A stretch of 64,000 nt of DNA, taken from contig JAHDYR010000015.1 in NCBI GenBank assembly GCA_019828565.1, positions 780,986-844,985 on the forward strand, in the 5' to 3' direction. How positions within the stretch are numbered: position 1 is the stretch's first letter; every line of letters begins with the position of its first letter. Shown one piece after another: positions 53,529 to 64,000 of the stretch. The translations under genes were made by a program, and so were the position numbers. Source of the stretch: Carpediemonas membranifera BICM (taxonomy: Eukaryota; Protista; Fornicata). Below the pieces are notes generated by a model. The model was not told where the DNA came from, made no database searches, and worked only from the letters and a program-made list of their open reading frames with translations.

Positions 53529-55844
53529 CTACGCAATCTCCCCAGCCAGCGCCACAGGCTTGACAAGCTTCAGAAGCTCCGCTACCCGCGCCACGAGGAC
53601 AACATCAGCCGAATTGACAGCATTCATCGCACTGCCCACAGATGCCACGAACTCTTCAGAAAGTGATCCCATCAAATGCACTAAACTACCCCGTAGAGTC
53701 GTGCCGGCCTTCGGGTCGCTGAGGAAGAGGGAAGTGGAGTCAACCACCTCGAGCAGCCGGGCAGACGCCGCGCCCGTGCCAACGAGGGAGAAGTCGTCGC
53801 CGGCAGAGGCCATAGACACCTCCGACTCGGCCGGGCAGAGATGGGTCGACCCGTCAATCGCAGACTTGATGCCGAAGACGGCCGTGGAGGTCGAGAGGCA
53901 CTGGGTGCGGGAAGCGGCCTCGGCCTGGAGGTTCTGGAGCCAAGAAGTGAGGGACGACACCGCAGACATGCGGCGGGCGACCTGCTCCTCGGTGACGGCG
54001 TTGGGGTCGACCTCGGCGGCCTTACCCTTCTTGCCCTTCTTCCCTTTCTTCCCCTTCTTTCCCTTCTTGCTCTTCTTCTTAGCTGCCTCCTCCTCGGCCT
54101 TAATCCGCGCCTCTTCTGCCAGCTGGGCCTCGATCTCGGCGGGACTAGGATCATGGAAAGGGTCTGGACGATCACCGAAACTGACTTCAACCAAGTCGGG
54201 CAGTCTAAGGCCGAATCTACTAGATTTCATGGCGAATCCTGGAGATAGAGTGGCCATATCAACAGCTGCCCGAGTGAGCATTGCATGGTCTTTGGGCTGA
54301 ATCCCAGCGAGTGAGAATGCCTCGTCCGTGATAACAAGAGCATACCCAGCCTGCTCAAGGTCGACCAAGAGCTCAGCGGCAGACTTGTACGTCACACCCA
54401 TGAGGGCTTCCGTCTCTGGGACGGCGGGGCCGACCAGGAAAAAGCCCTCGGCAGTGGTGTAAATGGCGACTGTGGTGTCGGCCATGACGAGGAGGAGGAT
54501 GACACCGGGGAAGGGGTTGAATCCTTGGTCGGCCAGACCGTGTACCGCGTGTAAGATACGGTGGGTGGCGGGTGTATCTTCGTAAACTGGGAAAATTGCC
54601 CAGGACTTAAGAGGAAGCCTCGTGTGGCCGTGGAGCAGGGTAGTAATCGCCCCAAGCTGAGTCGCGGCGAAGTTGATGGTCCTGTCTCGCGTGGTGCAGG
54701 TTATGTCAGAAACGGGGTCGACCGACCAAGAGTGCCAAGACCAGACACCGATGGAGGGCTCAGGCATGAGGGCGCAGGTTGGGGGAAGTGAAATAGTGAG
54801 CCTGAGCGGTACGAGTTGGGATGTTCCGGCGTCAGTTTCCGGCGGTCCGGGAGGGTGAGCGCAGTAAGGGTAGACCGGCATGGCGTGTCTCGCGTGTAGC
54901 GGGTAAGGAAGATGTGTCGCCCGATCCCCGCCCTCAGATATCGGTGAGATCTCCCAACCGTTAACTGAGACCGGCTGGACTGGCAGTTGGATGAGCTCGA
55001 CAAAATATGTCGGGCCGACAGGGGTCACAGACGTGGGTGGCAAGACGGAGCGTTTGGTCACGAACACGCGCACGGCGACGTTAGCGAGGGACAAGGTCTT
55101 TGGCACATGGATGGAGAGCTTGAGCTGAGGGAAGTCGCATGTTCCCACTCTGGTATTCCTAGAGGTGTTCGCCCACAGCCCCATGGAGACGTACTCGCCG
55201 ACGTGTTCGAAGTGGAGGTCCTCCTTGGCTGAGATGAGGGCTGGGACGTCCTGCATAAGCTCGGCGGTGCATAGGTCGAGGTGAGTGTACATTAGGTGGG
55301 ACAGAGAGGCAACCGCGTCGTCGTAGGCATCAGTGGCAGCGGCATCCGTGCTGGTGAAGGAGAACGGGGCGTCGGCGCGAGCTTTGGCGATCTTAGTGCC
55401 AAGAATGGTGGCGATAAGCTGAATCATGTCGAGACGTTCCACGCCCTTCAAGGAGTGAAGCGACTCGTCGGCAAGAGCAATGGTAGTAGAAAGTGCTGCG
55501 GGGTCCTTGACGTTGGTGACGTGGTCGCATTCGAGGAATTCGGCCCATTCGTCGTTCTCGCGGTAGGGCTGCACTGCGGCCAAAAATTGCTCTTCTTTCT
55601 TTGTCATTAGGGACTCGTAATCAGAGAGATCGGCAGTAAGGATCTCTTTCATCTGCTGCGTGAACTCTGCGTATGACAGCTCCCATTCCTTCCTCTCTTC
55701 ATGCAGTTCGGTCCATTTCTTATCCAGATTGGCGGCCTCTTCCTTGCGATGCTCGGATTCGAGCCTTGCTTGCTCTGCAAGCTCCTTCATACGGGCCTTC
55801 TTGCCCTTCTTTCCCTTCTTTCCCTTCTTTCCCTTGGGCGGCAT
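53529..55844 (-). CDS. CASC1/DNAI7 (axonemal dynein-associated)-like protein
   Basis: 771-aa ORF. The Lys-rich N-terminus MPPKGKKGKK, a coiled coil, then EWAEFLEC and MGLWAN resemble recalled CASC1 family features. Confidence 0.55.
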   Translation of the reverse strand: MPPKGKKGKKGKKGKKARMKELAEQARLESEHRKEEAANLDKKWTELHEERKEWELSYAEFTQQMKEILTADLSDYESLMTKKEEQFLAAVQPYRENDEWAEFLECDHVTNVKDPAALSTTIALADESLHSLKGVERLDMIQLIATILGTKIAKARADAPFSFTSTDAAATDAYDDAVASLSHLMYTHLDLCTAELMQDVPALISAKEDLHFEHVGEYVSMGLWANTSRNTRVGTCDFPQLKLSIHVPKTLSLANVAVRVFVTKRSVLPPTSVTPVGPTYFVELIQLPVQPVSVNGWEISPISEGGDRATHLPYPLHARHAMPVYPYCAHPPGPPETDAGTSQLVPLRLTISLPPTCALMPEPSIGVWSWHSWSVDPVSDITCTTRDRTINFAATQLGAITTLLHGHTRLPLKSWAIFPVYEDTPATHRILHAVHGLADQGFNPFPGVILLLVMADTTVAIYTTAEGFFLVGPAVPETEALMGVTYKSAAELLVDLEQAGYALVITDEAFSLAGIQPKDHAMLTRAAVDMATLSPGFAMKSSRFGLRLPDLVEVSFGDRPDPFHDPSPAEIEAQLAEEARIKAEEEAAKKKSKKGKKGKKGKKGKKGKAAEVDPNAVTEEQVARRMSAVSSLTSWLQNLQAEAASRTQCLSTSTAVFGIKSAIDGSTHLCPAESEVSMASAGDDFSLVGTGAASARLLEVVDSTSLFLSDPKAGTTLRGSLVHLMGSLSEEFVASVGSAMNAVNSADVVLVARVAELLKLVKPVALAGEIA

Positions 55845-56052
55845 TAACTTGTATTCTTGTTCAAATCTGGCGAAACTTTAGGGACACTCCGACGCCCTAT
55901 ATAGCCCCAATACATCCAGTAAGGGCCACACAGAGCCTCCTGCTGTTTTCGGCACCGAGCAGGATATGGCCTTTGTTTGTCTGACGACAAGAGCTTGATG
56001 GACAGTGCTACGACGAAGCAGTCGGAGTTCTATAACAACACACAATGTTCGT

Positions 56053-57765
56053 ATGACCTCATTTCCACCTCTCAATGCTCACACAGCCTCTGTCGTCTCG
56101 CTATTGAACTTCCATGCCTCCCATCTCTCCCTCAAAAACCACGTAGTCGTTCCCAAGGTCCTCATATACGATGAGCCAGGCATGGTATGCGTATCTGCCT
56201 TCAGCATGAACATGCTGCTCGAGAAGGGCGGCGTATGCCTTTTCTACCCTATCAACGACTCGACACGCCTGTCCAAGAGCATGCCGACGTTCCCAGCGGT
56301 TTACCTGTGTCTCCCCACACAGGCCAACATCAAGCGCATCCTGGATGACATCCAGAAGGACCGATATGCGTACTACTTTATCAATTTCACGCGTCCACTG
56401 ACGGATGCTACCCTACAGAGCTTCAAAGCAAGCCTGGCAGAGCTCCCTGTCGAGAAGCAGGGTAGGATTAACGGGGTACACTCGACCAACTTCACCTACA
56501 TGATTGTCGACAGCAGGAACTTTGTCACTCTCGCCGGGACCGAGCTGGGCCATAAGGTCGCCACCGCCCCCACCTATTTCACTCACCTGACCTACCTCTA
56601 CCCGCCCCGAGACGCTCCGCCCTCCCTGGAGGCCGAGGACTATATCCGCGACACCGTATCCGATCTCAGTGGAGCTCTCCTGGCCCATCGAATGAGGAAC
56701 CCCGTGGTGGTCTATCAGCAGGTGACAGGGGCTGAGAAGGTGGCCAAACAGCTGTGCAAGAGGCAAGAGGTCGAGGACGACCACGATTCACTGCTCATCA
56801 TCATTGACAGGCAGACAGACTTCGGGGCCCTTGTCGCACACAGCTTGACGTACGCAGCGCTGATCCACTCGGTGTGGGGCATTCATAGGAACACCGTGAA
56901 GACAGACGTCGGGGGTGACGGGGCCAAGACGACCAACCTCTTCCCCAACGACGAGTTCTGGCGCTCATTCAGTGGCGACGACCTCGAGATGATTTCCAAC
57001 ACCACTAGCGAGCAGATTACGGAGCTCATCGCGCTGGAGAACCGCCTGAAAGACCCGGACAGCTTGACGAAGGTTGACGTCAGCGACGCCCTCACTCAAA
57101 TGAGGGAGACCATCGCAAAGAAGGCGACTGTGACGACCCACGTGACTCTGGCATCCAACACAACGACGAAGATGAAGGACATGAAGACGGCCCCGCAGCG
57201 TTACATCAGCAGGGACGCCAAGCTGACCCTCCCCCCCGCCCCAGAGGAGTGCGGGACAGCTGGAGACTACGTGAGGGCGGCAGTGAGCGCGGTGCTGATG
57301 CCGCGGGGTCCGGATTCAGTGGGGGATTATATCGCGACGCTCGACAAGCGGTGGCCGAGCAATGAGAAGCGGACGGGGCATGTGGCCGCGCTGAACGCCG
57401 CAGTCGAGTTCAAGAAGGCGGTGGTGGTGCACAACAACAAGAAGCTGCTCGACCGGGCACTTGATGTGATCAAAAAGAAGTCCGACTGGCCTATTCCGGC
57501 GACAGTGAAGAACCTCGTCACCGCAGACAGGATCCCCGAGGGCTGGGCGACGATGGACCTCTCGGGCGAGGCTCTGACCATTGCTGCGCCCCAGCTGCCG
57601 AAGGGAAGGGTGATGCTATTCGTCGTCGGCGGGGGAAGCTACCACGAGCAGCGGGCTCTCGAGCGGCACTTTGCCCAGCTGAACATCGACTTTGTGTATG
57701 GGTCGACCGGGATCCCGACGCCGGACGAGGTGCTCTCGGCGTTCGCGAGATGGAATGCAAAGTAA
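56053..57765 (+). CDS. Sec1/Munc18 family protein, Sly1-like
   Basis: LLNF..KVLIYD; PAVYLCLPTQANIKRILDD..YAYYFINFT; LIIIDRQTDF..HSLTYAALIH; C-terminal FVVGGGSYHE..YGST. Confidence 0.85.
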   Translation: MTSFPPLNAHTASVVSLLNFHASHLSLKNHVVVPKVLIYDEPGMVCVSAFSMNMLLEKGGVCLFYPINDSTRLSKSMPTFPAVYLCLPTQANIKRILDDIQKDRYAYYFINFTRPLTDATLQSFKASLAELPVEKQGRINGVHSTNFTYMIVDSRNFVTLAGTELGHKVATAPTYFTHLTYLYPPRDAPPSLEAEDYIRDTVSDLSGALLAHRMRNPVVVYQQVTGAEKVAKQLCKRQEVEDDHDSLLIIIDRQTDFGALVAHSLTYAALIHSVWGIHRNTVKTDVGGDGAKTTNLFPNDEFWRSFSGDDLEMISNTTSEQITELIALENRLKDPDSLTKVDVSDALTQMRETIAKKATVTTHVTLASNTTTKMKDMKTAPQRYISRDAKLTLPPAPEECGTAGDYVRAAVSAVLMPRGPDSVGDYIATLDKRWPSNEKRTGHVAALNAAVEFKKAVVVHNNKKLLDRALDVIKKKSDWPIPATVKNLVTADRIPEGWATMDLSGEALTIAAPQLPKGRVMLFVVGGGSYHEQRALERHFAQLNIDFVYGSTGIPTPDEVLSAFARWNAK

Positions 57766-57890
57766 ACATGCCGAACACTGGTGTTGTAGGTTGACTGGAG
57801 ATGACCATTGGTGTGAGGTGGTAACGGGCACCAAGGCCATTTGAACAGGTCATTTCTTCCCATTTATATTCACTTTTTTACACTCTTATC

Positions 57891-60800
57891 TCACGCCTGA
57901 ACACCGTACAGGGGGTTGGAGTGCTCACCAGCCATCGGGTATGCCACATCGTGGTCGCCGCCCTTCGACCCTAAACTGCGCATTACAACAAGTGCTACAC
58001 CCGCAATCATGGCGACAACAAGGCACAGCCCGATGACCGCGATGGCAACAACGGCAAGCATAACCACCAGCACTGCACCAACACCGAGCACGACGGCGAT
58101 GACCACGGGCGCACTCGAGTCACTCGAGTCAGCGGGGTCGACCTCGATGCTGAGCGTGGTGGAGAGGAAGGGCGTTCCATCAAGACAGGCGACGACAGTG
58201 TGCTGCTCGTAAGAGGTAGAATCGGCTGAGGCGGGGATGGTGAAGCAGAGCTTGCAGTCGACAAGCCTTGTGCTCTGAGTGGTTCCGTCGTATAGAACAG
58301 ATAGGTCAGCAAGCGAACCGAAGGACGCGCCAGAGAGTGAGATACAAGCCTGTGACCCAGACTTCGGCGATACAGCGTCTACTGCGGGTGAGAAATAGTC
58401 ATGGAGGGTGCCTGCAGACACGGCCTTCGTGGCGCGACACTCGACCTCGCCATCATCGCCCAAACCGACTGAGTCGAGAGCAACTGGATCGAATCCGGTC
58501 ATATCAAGCACAGAGGGGCAGATTGGGCTATCGATAACGGACCTCATAGAGGTGCCAGTCAAAGATAGCGTTGGTTGGGGCATTGTAAAGTCGTCGGGGA
58601 TGGTGACCGTCGTCGTGCTCGTCTTGCCGTTGTCTAAGCCGAACGTTAGGGTGTAGACGCCACCGATCGACTCGCCTGGAGTCACAACGGGCACAGCGAT
58701 CGTCATGGTGTCATTGCCAGTCATCCTACACTGCCAGGAGCCAAGAGTGGCATCTTTCACTCCACTAGGCATGTGGTCTCTCTTGAATGCGATCCCAGTT
58801 TCATTGCGTATGACAACATTATCGTTGATAAAAGCCGTACAGCCAGTCTGAGGCCCTTCGACACCAGACCATTGGTCGTGGCCAACGCATCGCTTGCACG
58901 TAGCTAGGCCGGTCGTGTCAGAGTAAGACCCGTTATTACAGGGGATAGGGATGCTATGGGGCTGGTGGTCGGCGGGGACGTAGTAGCCTGCGGGGGCGGG
59001 GATGCAGGCAGAGGAGTCGGTGGGAAGGTAAGTGCCGTTGTCGCACACGAGCGTGTCGTTCCTAATACAGCTGGTCTGGCCAACGGCCGGTTGGAAGTAG
59101 CCCGCCGCACAAGCCTCCTCGAACTGGGCCCCGGTCGTGTTGGTGAAATAGTCTACTGAAGCGTCAAGGCACATAGAGTCCCCCAAAGGAGCATAAGACC
59201 CAGGCCCACACGGCGTGCAAGTGGGGCCTTCGTGGCCCGGCATACATTGGGGGATACCGAATACACTGGCGGCAATGCAATACTCGTCGTGGGAGGCGGG
59301 GACCTGGTCCATTCCGGCTACTACGATGTCTGCGTTACAGGCGATGGAATACTGGCCAAGTCGGGCCCAACCTGCGTTGCCAAAAGCACTGGAGATGAGA
59401 GTGAAACCATCCTCGGTGATTTGGTACATGTAGATATAACCGTCCTCGTCAAACTGGACATTCGCGTTATATTCTGACACAACAAGGAAGTCACCACACA
59501 GAGCAAGTGCAGAGCCGAACGTGTAGGTCGCCCGTACATTAGTGGTGCCGTCTGGGGACAGACGCGAGGGTGTGATTACGGCAGCCTTGGTGAAGGTGGC
59601 GAGATTGTAGATGTAGACGTCGGGGTTTTCCAAGGTTGCTCTGCCGGCCGCGAGAATGAGGCCGTCAGAACTCAGGCTGGCGAGCTTGTCGACGTGTGTG
59701 ATTGTATGAACGGGTTCGCCGCTGTGGGAGAAGATTTCGATCGAGTAGAGCGCAGCGGCGAACACGTAATTCTCGTCGACAGCTACGGCGCGACCGACAG
59801 AGTTGTAGGACTCCTTCCCCTTGATGACCTCTGCCTTGACATTGTCGGCGTCGAGACCAGCAGCGGTCACGATGTACACTCGACCGTTCTGGATTTTGCC
59901 GTCACAGCTTCCAGAATCGTCGCCAACGACAAAAACGGAAGCCGATCCGTTAATCTGGTAGGCCGCTGGTTGGTAGAGTCCAAAGTCCTCGCTAACCTCA
60001 TCGAGCTCGCCAGACATGTAATAAAAGGACTCATAAGTAAATGTCTTAATCTGCACAGGCGTGGAAGCGTGCGAGAACGCAGTAATGGTACCGACACCAG
60101 TGTGCTCTCCCCCGCCCTTGTACCAGGCCGTGACGATGATGTGGCCGTCAGTCATGGCCACGTTGGAAGCATAGAGCGGGTTGACGGTGAGCTGAGTCTT
60201 GCTAAGGAAGTTTCCGGCCATGTCGAAGAGGGCGAGGGCGTATGTCTCGTTGTATGAGACGGTGGCGATCATTGACGAGCTCAGCGCGACACCGCGGACG
60301 TGGGTGTGGTTAAGACCACCCTGCGCGGCATTGAGAGTGAAAGGTGAGCTGGTGGTATCATTCACGCACGTCCAGTTCCCTTCATTGGGGGAGTACCCCG
60401 CTGGGCACGCTACCTGTGACGACCTGTCGAAGGGGGGGACGTAACGGCCGGCGTCGGGGTCGAGGCAGGCGAACTGACCCTGGTCTGGCTGGTAGTGGCC
60501 CAGAAGACATGGCACGCACTCGCCAGTCATTGATAGGTAGGTACCTGGGTCGCATGCGTCAAGGTCAATGACGAAATTGGAAGTTGTGGATTGACCGGCA
60601 AAGAAGAGCGTTGACTCCGCAACGGCCACGTGCTGGCCGTAGTTTTGTTCCGCGCTGTATCCGCGGGTTGAGTAAACCTGCTCAAACTGACTCGACTCGG
60701 AGTTAAACTGGTAAATGAAGGCAGCTCCAGCCTGGTCAACAGGGTACAAGTAGTTCGGCGCCCCCACAGCAACGGTGTCACCACGGACTGACACAGCCCT

Positions 60801-61689
60801 ACCAAAGTGGCATTTGGGCTTCCACTCGCCGGTACACGGGCCTTCTATGGTTGACACTAGGGTGGGTGAGGCGGGGGTGGTGATGTTGTACATATAGGCG
60901 GCCTCGTGTCCATAGTTGTCCGCAGTGCCGACTACAAGCCAGCCGTCAGCAGCTGCGAGTGATGACATGTCATTGGAAGTTGGTGGGCAGATTGTTGTCA
61001 CAATGTTACACTGAGTGTCCAAAACTCGGATGGAGTAGAGATAGTCTGCGTACCAGCGGGTGTAGACAAGACCGCCGCTGATGGCGATATGGAGGCCGTT
61101 ACTGAGCGTCGCCGTGTCGGGGTCCGAGCTCATCGTCCCCGTCAGCACCCACGAGTAAGATGACTTCGCGAACACAGCCATCGTGCCGCAGTAGCCGCCC
61201 GTGCTGATGTTGGTTGATGTGGATGCACCGACGGCAAGTACATCGCCTTCAATGGCGAGAGCGCTGCCAAAGGAGTGGAGCGCGATGCCCTGGCTCGATA
61301 GGTCAGGAGGGTCAAGAATTGTCAAGCTTTCGCTGAAAGAAGTGCCTTTGCGGTCGTAAATGTAGACACGGCCATGGCTGTCGTGGCCTACATCTGACTG
61401 TGTGAGCGAGAGAATGCTGGTGACAAACAGTGATGACGAATGATTCGGAAGCCGCAAGATGGACTCCGAAATAGGTGCCACCAAAAGAGATGCTGTCGGA
61501 TATGGCCCAAATGTCGTCAGGTCCACGGGTGTATAGGGAAACTTTGCGAGCTGCATTCGAGGCAATGAGAAGAGTGCTATCGTCGGTAAAAACAGCATCA
61601 CTGACCTCCATCGTTTCAATCTTCTGTAAGCATAGCGAGCTAATGATGATGGACAGAATGAGCAAAACAAAAGACGAATGTCGTGGCAT
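57891..61689 (-). CDS. Large type I membrane/surface protein, ~1255 aa: two FG-GAP-like propeller regions, Cys-rich repeats, TM, NPLY tail (intron 61398-61428)
   Basis: Signal MPRHSSFVLLILSIIISSLC is joined in frame by a 31-nt GT-AG intron. Repeats FGSALAI..LAVGA, FGRAVSV..AVGAP..GAAFIY, FGSALAL; CxPG.Y..C Cys repeats; long hydrophobic segment; C-terminal HSNPLYGVQA. Confidence 0.8.
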
Positions 61690-61892
61690 ATCTCTGCTTC
61701 GCACAAGTACAAATTGACCTTAAATACCTTAAACTGAGTCTCAATACCTTAAATGCCAGCAACAAGATTGTGAAGTATGGCTGGCTGAACATCAAGTTCA
61801 CGCCCCTCGAGTTTGGAGTCCACGGTCAAAACACCAGCAGTGGCAGCCAAGATGAACGAGCCACGATCCGCGCGGACCCGATGGGTACGTCT

Positions 61893-62001
61893 CCATAAAT
61901 GGGTATAAATGATCGGTTGGTTTTAGGCTAGCGTCGAGGGAAGGCGGCTCTACTTTATACATAAGGCAGCCTCACTGCGTCGCGTTGTACGCGTCCGCCA
62001 G
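61893..62001 (-). repeat. Left arm of 109-bp inverted repeat (partner 62717-62825); contains the IFT27 3' end and 3' UTR
   Basis: Exact reverse complement of 62717-62825 on base-by-base reading. Confidence 0.95.
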
Positions 62002-62514
62002 TAGCATGAACGGAAGGTCGACGTCACGCCGGTCCACCGCGTTCGTGCGCGCCAAACGCCACCCCTTCCGGTCAGCTAGGTCTGATATCTTCGCGTGGAG
62101 GCGCACGCTGGCGGCGTCTTCGACCTCATATGAATGCGTCGCGACCAGGACAACGGGCAGGTTCTCCTGGAGTGTGGCCTCAACAAGAACGTTAGACCAG
62201 TGTGTGATAGACTCTACGGCGTCCTGATCGTTGGCATCATAGAGAATAAGGGCGCATTGGCATTCGGCGATGTATTTCTTCACCAAGTCGGTGTATAGCG
62301 GACATCCGGGCATGTCAAAGAAGAAAAATTCGTAGACAACATCATCGTCGGGAACGCGAACTTGCTTGTTCGTGATCCGAGGGTCAGTCGTCATATTGTA
62401 GTGTGAAAGATAGTCTGTGCTCTTCGGATCGCTGAACATCGAGACTAGCGTAGATTTCCCGCATCTTTGGTTGCCAAGGACCGCACAGTTAACGATAACA
62501 GGGCTGTCAGCCAT
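61972..62514 (-). CDS. IFT27: Intraflagellar transport protein 27 (Rab-like 4) small GTPase
   Basis: CAVLGNQRCGKST; YNMTT..KQVRVPD..EFFFFDMPG resembles IFT27 (Y.LTTG..K.VPVPD..ELFIFDSAG). No C-terminal prenylation cysteines. Confidence 0.75.
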   Translation of the reverse strand: MADSPVIVNCAVLGNQRCGKSTLVSMFSDPKSTDYLSHYNMTTDPRITNKQVRVPDDDVVYEFFFFDMPGCPLYTDLVKKYIAECQCALILYDANDQDAVESITHWSNVLVEATLQENLPVVLVATHSYEVEDAASVRLHAKISDLADRKGWRLARTNAVDRRDVDLPFMLLADAYNATQ

Positions 62515-62716
62515 GAGAAACTATATAAAAGCGAATTTTGAACCTTAAAATGCGATGTTGGCAACGAGCTGTTACTGGCGGTCCATGTCGCACTAGCGGA
62601 TGGATGCAGATAAAGTCTACCTGCTGGGACCATTTATTCAACTTTTCTCTGGGGCAACTCGGCAGACACGAAGAGGAGAGCATCCCGTGGCACAAGCCAG
62701 CTGCATGCCTGTTGTC

Positions 62717-62825
62717 CTGGCGGACGCGTACAACGCGACGCAGTGAGGCTGCCTTATGTATAAAGTAGAGCCGCCTTCCCTCGACGCTAGCCTAAAACCA
62801 ACCGATCATTTATACCCATTTATGG
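62717..62825 (+). repeat. Right arm of 109-bp inverted repeat (partner 61893-62001)
   Basis: ctggcggacgcgtacaacgcgacgcagtga... is the last IFT27 codons LADAYNATQ* plus UTR on the + strand. Confidence 0.95.
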
Positions 62826-62826
62826 C

Positions 62827-63335
62827 TTAGTAAGTGGGCATGTGGGGAAGAGGAGCGACGTCGATGATGCCAGTGCCCTTGACGTAGGTGGCCTCGCGGG
62901 GAGCACCGGGCATACGCTTGAGTTCGACCTTGACGCCAGTCTTCTTGGCCTCAGCCTTGAGCTCGTCGTTGCGGCGAGCACGGGCCTTGATCTCAGCCTT
63001 AAGGTTGGAGAGCTTGATGTGCTCAACGCGGACGTGGATGCGCTTCTTCATGATGCGGCCGCCAACACGCTTGTTGACCTCAACACCGATAGCACGGGGG
63101 GAAACGTTCCAGACGACGCCGGTCTTGCCGTGGTAGAACTTGTGGGGGAGAGACTTGTGCACAGCGGCGTTGGCCTTGATGTCAACGTGGTCGCCGAGGC
63201 GGTAGGGCACAAGAGTGCGGGCGGGAGCGGGAACACCGGCCTGGCGGAAGCCCTGGCGGAACATGTAGCGCGTACCGTGCCTACATAACAATTTTGATGA
63301 TCAAAAACGAACCTATAACCGTTGCAGTGGGGCAT
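62827..63335 (-). CDS. RPL21: 60S ribosomal protein L21 (eL21), 158 aa (intron 63281-63312)
   Basis: Spliced MPHCNGYRHGTRYMF..GDHVDIKAN..PHKFYHGKTG.VWNV..KRIHVRVEHI. Confidence 0.96.
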
Positions 63336-64000
63336 TTCCTCGGTCTAGCAAGCTCTGTTTTTTTTCACGAAAAAAAGTTGAACATTTTTCTCCAGCACTG
63401 CTTACACCCCGTCCAGTCAAATTGCAGCCGTATAATGCTATACACCGTGTGGAAAAGTGATCCTGCGCTCACAAGCATGAGTCGGCAAACTGACCATAAT
63501 CTGCATCTTGCGAATTTGGTCAGAAATCGCCGATGGAACACCAGGCTGTGCGAACATCGACCATATCAACGCCAGCATCCCCCTACAAGCATCCGTTTCC
63601 TACCACTCAAATATCGCGCGGAAACCGTTTTGAGGTCGAGGTTTCGCGTTCAGACGCGGGTCTCGGCGCTAGAGTCCCGAGGACAGGCCTAAGCAGACTT
63701 AGCACGAATGGTGTGTCCAGATCACTTGCATCTCCATCCGCAGCATCCCTCAGGATGAAGTACAACACCCGTGTGGAGGAGATAACAAAAGACGACGCCG
63801 AACACCACAAGCGCCACATCATTCCAGAGAAAGACAGTGCCCCTGCCGGAGAGCGCATCACCAGCATGGTAGCCGCCCATGTCCAGACCGTCTCCTCCCC
63901 CTCGGGCCGCGACGTGCCCCAGCGGAACCAGTTTAGGTTCGGCCCATCCCTCCCTCTCGTTCGGGAGCCACCCAAGACGTTCGGGTCGCCCCTGTTTCGT

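Noticed and set aside
54025-54080. CCCTTCTT-type repeats here and at 55795-55835
   Set aside because: They encode KKG repeats within the CASC1-like protein and are not an independent element.
163-63288. Many long antisense or alternative-frame ORFs (e.g. 5670-6500, 21937-23043, 38799-40187, 46136-47032)
   Set aside because: They are shadows of strong C-ending codon bias in real genes on the other strand or frame and show no recognisable motifs.
63708-64000. Possible gene start running off the window end (+ strand, MKYNTRVEE… from ~63754)
   Set aside because: Partial, with no recognisable motif and an uncertain start or splicing pattern.

Overview
Gene-dense, GC-rich eukaryotic DNA with very short (28-35 nt) spliceosomal introns whose branch point is fused to the 3' splice site. 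The gene content (Giardia-type cyst wall protein, M16 processing peptidase, nitroreductase, DPE2, axonemal/IFT genes) points to a flagellated metamonad, probably a Fornicata/Carpediemonas-like organism (inference). Bases 1-13573 are a head-to-tail array of ~962-bp units (14 complete copies plus the tail of another). Each unit encodes a 247-aa secreted LRR + Cys-rich protein resembling Giardia cyst wall proteins and is preceded by two inverted CTACAG (Myb2-type) motifs. Next comes an intronless 3694-aa single-chain fungal-type fatty acid synthase with two tandem ACPs and a built-in PPTase. The rest holds housekeeping genes (PrxQ/BCP, DnaJ, MCM5, MSH5, DPE2, a truncated Hsp70, RBBP4-like WD40, adenosine deaminase, MPP-beta, eIF3f-like, sedolisin, CDK, CASC1-like, Sly1, a large FG-GAP/Cys-rich membrane protein, IFT27, RPL21). 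Two single genes are bracketed by apparently perfect inverted repeats: 954-bp arms (each a whole nitroreductase gene) around a GARP transcription factor, and 109-bp arms around IFT27. All family assignments come from motif recognition by eye; no database search was run.
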